Positions 58,233 through 64,000 of a stretch of 64,000 bases of DNA are shown here, piece after piece; position 1 is the stretch's first letter; each line of letters opens with the position of its first letter. Position numbers and translations under genes: made by a program. The notes beneath the pieces were generated by a model that was not told the origin of the DNA, did no database searches, and saw only the letters and a program-made list of their open reading frames with translations. The stretch lies in the NCBI GenBank assembly GCA_009914755.4, contig CP068257.2, forward strand, positions 44,096,001-44,160,000, given 5' to 3'. Source of the DNA: the human T2T-CHM13v2.0 reference genome, Homo sapiens.

Positions 58233-60013
58233 GCTCTACCTCTACCTCTACCTCTACCTCTACCTCTACCTCTACCTCTACCTCTACCGCTACCGCTACC
58301 CCTACCTCCTACCTCCTACCTCCTACCTCCTACCTCCTACCTCCTACCTCCTACCTCTACCCTCTTTCCACTGTCTCCCTCTGATGCCGAGCCGAAGCTG
58401 GACTGTACTGCTGCCATCTCGGCTCACTGCAACCTCCCTGCCTGATTCTCCTGCCTCAGCCTGCCGAGTGCCTGCAATTGCAGGCGCGCGCCGCCACGCC
58501 TGACTGGTTTTCGTATTTTTTGGGTGGAGACGGGGTTTCGCTGTGTTGGCCAGGCTGGTCTCCAGCTCCTGACCGCGAGTGATCCGCCAGCCTCGGCCTC
58601 CCGAGGTGCCGGGATTGCAGACGGAGTCTCCTTCACTCAGTGCTCAATGGTGCCCGGGCTGGAGTGCAGTGGCATGATCTCGGCTCGCTACAGCATCCAC
58701 CTCCCAGCAGCCTGCCTTGGCCTCCCAAAGTGCCGAGATTGCAGCCTCTGCCCGGCCGCCACCCCGTCTGGGAAGTGATGAGTGTCTCTGCCTGGCCGCC
58801 CATCGTCTGGGATGTGAGGAGCCCCTCTGCCTGGCTGCCCAGTCTGGAAAGTGAGGAGCGTCTCTGCCCGGCCGCCATCCCATCTAGGAAGTGAGGAGCG
58901 TCTCTGCCCGGCCGCCCATCATCTGAGATGTGGGGAGCGCCTCTGCCCTGTCGCCCCGTCCGGGATGTGAGGAGCATCTCTGCCCGGCCGCCCCGTCTGA
59001 AAAGTGAGGAGACCCTCTGCCTGGCAACCGCCCTGTCTGAGAAGTGAGGATCCCCTCCGCCCAGCAGCCACCCCGTCTGAGAAGTGAGGAGCCCCTCCGC
59101 CCGGCAGCCACCCCGTCTGGGAAGTGAGGAGCATCTCCGCCCGGCAGCCACCCCGTCCAGGAGGGAGATGTGGGGGTCAGCCCCCCGCCCGGCCAGCCGC
59201 CCCGTCCGGGAGGGAGGTGGGGGGGTCAGCCCCCCGCCCGGCCAGCCGCCCCATCCGGGAGGTGAGGGGCGCCTCTGCCCGGCCACCCCTACTGGGAAGT
59301 GAGGAGCCCCTCTGCCCGGCCAGCCGCCCCGTCTGGGAGGAGGTGGGGGGGTCAGCCCCCCGCCTGGCCAGCCGCCCCGTCCGGGAGGGAGGGGGGGTCA
59401 GCCCCCCGCCCGGCCAGCCGCCCCATCCGGGAGGTGAGGGGCGCCTCTGCCCGGCCGCCCCTACTGGGAAGTGAGGAGCCCCTCTGCCCGGCCACCACCC
59501 CGTCTGGGAGGTGTACCCAACAGCTCATTGAGAATGGGCCATGATGACAGTGGTGGTTTTGTGGAATAGAAAAGGGGGAAAGGTGGGGAAAAGATTGAGA
59601 AATCGGATGGTTGCCGTGTCTGTGTAGAAAGAGGTAGACATGGGAGACTTTTCATTTTGTTCTGTACTAAGAAAAATTCTTCTGCCTTGGGATCCTGTTG
59701 ATCTGTGACCTTACCCCCAACCCTGTGCTCTCTGAAACATGTGCTGTGTCCACTCAGGGTTAAATGGATTAAGGGCGGTGCAAGATGTGCTTTGTTAAAC
59801 AGACGCTTGAAGGCAGCATGCTCGTTAAGAGTCATCACCACTCCCTAATCTCAAGTACCCAGGGACACAAACACTGCGGAAGGCCGCAGGGTCCTCTGCC
59901 TAGGAAAACCAGAGACCTTTGTTCACTTGTTTATCTGCTGACCTTCCCTCCACTATTGTCCTGTGACCCTGCCAAATCCCCCTCTGCGAGAAACACCCAA
60001 GAATGATCAATAA

Positions 60014-60045
<32 letters not shown>

Positions 60046-60096
60046 TATCAAAGTAAAAAGTTTCCAAAAAAAATAAAAAGTTTCAAAAAAAAAAAA
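58233..60096 (+). mobile_element. SVA retrotransposon, complete: 5' hexamer-like tract, Alu-like region, GC-rich VNTR, SINE-R, AATAAA and A-rich tail. Flanked by an 11-bp target-site duplication
   Basis: 58233-58370 is (CTCTAC)n followed by (CTACCTC)n. 58371-58760 is the Alu-like region, 'ctctttccactgtctccctctgatgccgagccgaagctggactgtactgctgccatctcggctcactgcaacctccctgcctgattctcctgcctcagcctgccgagtgcctgc(g/a)attgcaggcgcgcgccgccacgcctgactggttttcgtattttt..'. 58760-59510 is the VNTR, with repeated 'ctctgcc(c/t)ggc(c/a)gcc..cgtctgggaagtgaggagc' units. 59510-60012 is the SINE-R, 'gggccatgatgacagtggtggttttgtggaatagaaaagggggaaaggtggggaaaagattgagaaatcggatggttgccgtgtctgtgtagaaagaggtagacatgggagacttttcattttgttctgtactaag...cctgccaaatccccctctgcgagaaacacccaagaatgatcaataaa'. 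An (AAAT)n/A-rich tail runs to 60096. The TSD is 'AATAGTGACAG' at 58222-58232 and 60098-60108. Confidence 0.95.
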
Positions 60097-60148
60097 TAGT
60101 GACAGTGAGCTCTGCATAACAGGAGAGAGTCTTGTTTTCCATTGTTGA

Positions 60149-60476
<328 letters not shown>

Positions 60477-61135
60477 TAAGTATCATTTTGAAGAGTTATG
60501 AAAACCACCTAAGCCACAAATAATTTTAAGTCATTATTGTTAGTAAGAGAATTACATATATTGCTACGTTCGTTCCAACTCATGGTATGTTCCTGTTGTT
60601 TAGTAATTGGGAAACCTGAGACATGATGTGAAGTAATTCACCTGCAATTTGGGGGTGCCTGCACAGCAGGAATGTTCTGGCACCATGACTGCTCCTAGGA
60701 ACACAGAATAATAGTCATTAAAATGCTGTAAATAGCAGTGTGTCCTGAATTCACCCACACCCTCTGAAGAAATTATTAGAACCTGTCTCCTGCCTCCTTC
60801 CATGAGAGTCCGTGGGTCCCCTAGCGGCGTGCAGCCTGCTGGGATGGAAAGGGCCCGTGCTGCAACTCTGCATAAAGAATTTCCAGCTGTTGACCCTTCC
60901 CAACTGCTTCCCTCTCTGAGCCTGATCCTCATCTATAAAAATCATAATAGTGCCTGCTTTTTAATCTGGTAAATACTAGGTATATTGTAATAAGCCTGAA
61001 CGTTCTTGGAAATCATAAAATGCTTGAAAATAGTTTCGCCTCCTTTTTAAGATTTTGCATGTGTTCATAATCAGTGCCTGTTTCTGGAACGTAATTCATT
61101 AGGATAACAGCTGGATCTTGACGTTTCATCTGAGT

Positions 61136-61441
61136 TTCGTTTTGTTTGAGACAGGGTCTTGCTCTGTTGCCCAGGCTGGAGTGCAATGGCGTGATCATAG
61201 CTCACTGCATCCTCAACTTCCTGGGCCCAAGTGATCCTTCCACCCCAGCCTCCTGAGTAGCTGGGACTACAGGCGCGTGTCACCACACCTGGCTAATTTT
61301 TTTTTTTTTTTAAATAGAGACTAGGTCTCCCTGTGTTGCCCATGCTGGTCTCAAACTCCAGACCAGCCGTAGCTCAAGTGATCCTTCCGCCCTGGCCCCC
61401 CACAGTGCTGGGATTACAGGTGTAAGCCGCTGTGCCTGGCC
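61136..61441 (-). mobile_element. Alu (AluJ-like), antisense
   Basis: 'tttgtttgagacagggtcttgctctgttgcccaggctggagtgcaatggcgtgatcatagctcactgcatcctcaacttcctgggcccaagtgatccttccaccccagcctcctgagtagctgggactacaggcgcgtgtcaccacacctggctaattttttttttttttaaatagagactaggtctccctgtgttgcccatgctggtctcaaactcc' runs to '..gggattacaggtgtaagccgctgtgcctggcc'. Confidence 0.9.
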
Positions 61442-63045
61442 TCATCCGAGTTTTTTGGAAGTGTTTCCTTGCTGCCTAAATTATATGGTGGGGCCTCCAG
61501 GGAACAAAGCGAGTCCCCCTGCTTGGGCCCTGGTGGTCACTGGCATTCCTGCCCACACAGCAGTGGGGGACATCCCAGGCTAGGGCTAATGGCTGTCCAC
61601 AGGGTAGGGCCTTGCTTCTCCGTCACTTTGCTCCACTAGACAGTAGAGTTTGGTTGGGGTCTGTAGCATGCCAGGCACCTTTGACGCTTCACAAATGTGT
61701 TACCAGATTTTTAAAAAGGTATTTCTGCTATAACTGAGGATGTGGACTGTTGCAACAGGAAAAGTTGAAAGCCTTACTAAAGAGATCAGGCTTTGAGGTA
61801 TAGCTCAGGTAATGCTACCTGCAAGTAAAGGGTAACTTTTTAGCAGACTATAGCAAAGGCGGGGAGAGACTGGGGAGACCTACGGGGGAAGATGGGGGCA
61901 CCTACAGTTGCAAGGTGGGCACCAGTTGTCAGGAGTTGACAGGAGGGCATAGCCAGGAACAGCTGGTGTCTCCTTACTGGGACATGCTGTGACCTGTAGA
62001 ATCGTGTCTGACCATTTCTGGAGGATGCAGTACTGAATTCAAGTAACAAGGTGTCCTGTGAACCCCCCACAGTCAGATGGGTGAGGGATGGGGAGGGTCA
62101 CGCAGGGTGTGGGCGGCGTGCCTGGCATGGGTCCTGCCAAGTTCGTCAGGTAACGTGATACTTCTCCCTTGCTTTTTGGTAGATGGACAGTGTGTCACCC
62201 TCGGGGAGCAGGTGGGCTGGCAGGACAGGCGGCCCCAGGCCGGGAGAAGGAGACACTCCCAGGTACTCTCGTCTACCCCTGCTGGTGACCTGCCTGCCCG
62301 GCCCCGTTCTGTTCCAGATGATGGCTCACCTGTGACCCTGCCTGCCCTGCCCAGCTTCGCCCCCATGTCTGCCTGTCCCCAACCTCAGTGCTGTCGGCTG
62401 ACCTACCTCAGCCCACGCCCTGCCCTCTTTTTTCCCACCCCACGGGGCCGATCCTGACTTCTGGTTGCTCCCTTTGCTTGACCGTTCTCTTGAGGTTCTT
62501 AACCCTGAACTGCACCCGACTCCCATTGACCTCACTCACTGTGGGCCGCCACGAGGGCCCCTCAGAGACGATGCTAACGGCCTCTCAGATGCTGACCTGC
62601 TTCATGTCTATTTCCTTTTACAGGGTAATTTGTAGTGGAATGAGAAAAAAAAGTTGTATTTCTTAAACAACATGATCTGGAGTATGTGGTGACTGTCAAC
62701 TTTTCATCTATGCAGAATGTTAATGACTCACCAGTCACAGGGCAGTTCTCCTCAGGTTAGAAACACAGTGGAGCTAATGACACATTTCAGAATTAGAAAT
62801 GGTTTTAGCAATAATTCTAAATGAGGCTGGAAGAATTGAATTGCTGTCCAGATCCAACAGACTTATTCAGCCAACAGTAACCAAATACATGCTCTGTGCC
62901 CTGCTCTGTCCTGGGCTTAGAACACAGTGAGTGCACATCAATGGCTGTGTCCCCAGAGCTGGCCGTCCTGTGTGTACTTCATACCTGAGAAAATGAGATG
63001 GCATGCTCAGCAGATCAAGGAAGGGGGCATGAAGCAGAGGTCAGG

Positions 63046-63345
63046 AGTGAATGTGTGTGCACACGTGCGTGTGCATGTGTGTGTCTGCACATGCAAATGT
63101 GCATGCATGTTTGTGCATACATAGTGTGTGCACGTGTGTGTGTGATTGCATGTATGTGTGTGATTGTGCACGTAGTGTACCCGCATGTGTGCGAGGGTGA
63201 GTGTGTGCATGTGAGTTCATGTGTGCATGAGTGGGTGCATGTGTACATGTGCTTGTGTGCCTATGAGTGCACGAGTGTGTGCATGTGTTTGTGATCGTGT
63301 CTTTTCATGTGTGTATGTGTACACGTGTGCATACATACATGCAGT
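63046..63345. repeat. Imperfect (TG)n/(GTGCATG)-type low-complexity tract (~300 bp)
   Basis: 'gtgtgtgcacacgtgcgtgtgcatgtgtgtgtctgcacatgcaaatgtgcatgcatgtttgtgcatacatagtgtgtgcacgtgtgtgtgtgattgcatgtatgtgtgtgattgtgcacg...' yields Cys/Val/His/Thr-rich pseudo-ORFs on both strands. Confidence 0.9.
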
Positions 63346-63740
63346 TGGGGGTTGCCAGTGTTCAATAGGGCCGTCAAGGTTGGCCTTATTAAGAAGGTGA
63401 TGTTAAAGGAAAGATGAGGGTGTGAGCCATGGATGAGGAGCAATCCGGGCAGAGGAGTCCCCAGCACGAAGGCTTTAAGGTGGAGGACAACCCGGGGCCA
63501 GTGTGGCCGGAGCAGAGCGAGCAAGGGAGAGCATCAGGGGCTGAGTTCCAGGAGGTGAGGAGCAGGTCATTTGTGGTCCTGTGGCGTCCTAAGAGCTTTT
63601 GCTCTGAGTGGGAGCCAGTGCTTCTTGTCTTAAGCAGAGGTGGGACATGCCAGTGCTTCTTGTCTTAAGCAGGGGAGGGACCTGGGCCGAGTTAGGTTCT
63701 CGCCAAATCGCTCTGGTGTCTGGGTAGAGAATAGTCTCTC

Positions 63741-64000
<260 letters not shown>

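Noticed and set aside
58633-59544. 217-aa minus-strand ORF and several 70-120-aa Gly/Arg/Pro-rich ORFs
   Set aside because: They fall inside the GC-rich VNTR of the SVA element. There is no coding support.

Overview
This window is primate genomic DNA, almost certainly human or another hominoid. It contains an SVA element with target-site duplications, about 17 Alu copies, many antisense LINE-1 fragments, a THE1/MaLR solo LTR, a MADE1 MITE and an MIR remnant. It is not prokaryotic. It contains no operons, CRISPR arrays, tRNA or rRNA genes, and I see no candidate for a novel defence-type system. By rough visual estimate, interspersed repeats fill more than half of the window. The sequence alternates between AT-rich L1-dominated blocks (about 1-7.8 kb, 25-34 kb, 45-58 kb) and GC-rich unique blocks (about 8-24.7 kb, 35-45 kb, 61.4-63.7 kb). 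I cannot support any protein-coding exon from the sequence alone. Every long ORF in the six-frame track falls inside a tandem repeat, a transposable-element remnant or an Alu tail. The features worth a second look are: (i) two large GC-rich minisatellites, a 52-bp unit of about 23 copies at 12.4-13.6 kb and a CpG-rich 45-bp unit of about 28 copies at 19.6-20.9 kb with block-wise variant homogenisation; (ii) a degenerate TTAGGG-like hexamer array at 17.36-17.50 kb, which together with the minisatellites suggests a subtelomeric setting or a captured telomeric tract; (iii) a complete SVA retrotransposon with an 11-bp TSD and a non-canonical 5' hexamer tract; (iv) a roughly 7.6-kb near-full-length but dead L1 nested antisense inside an older L1, itself hit by two Alus; (v) a pair of about 60-bp inverted repeats 2 kb apart, and a dispersed roughly 90-bp direct duplicate 2 kb apart, in GC-rich unique DNA; (vi) a weak CpG-island-like segment at about 37.0-37.8 kb. 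All element calls come from my own recognition of consensus sequences, not from database searches. Boundaries are approximate, within a few tens of bp.
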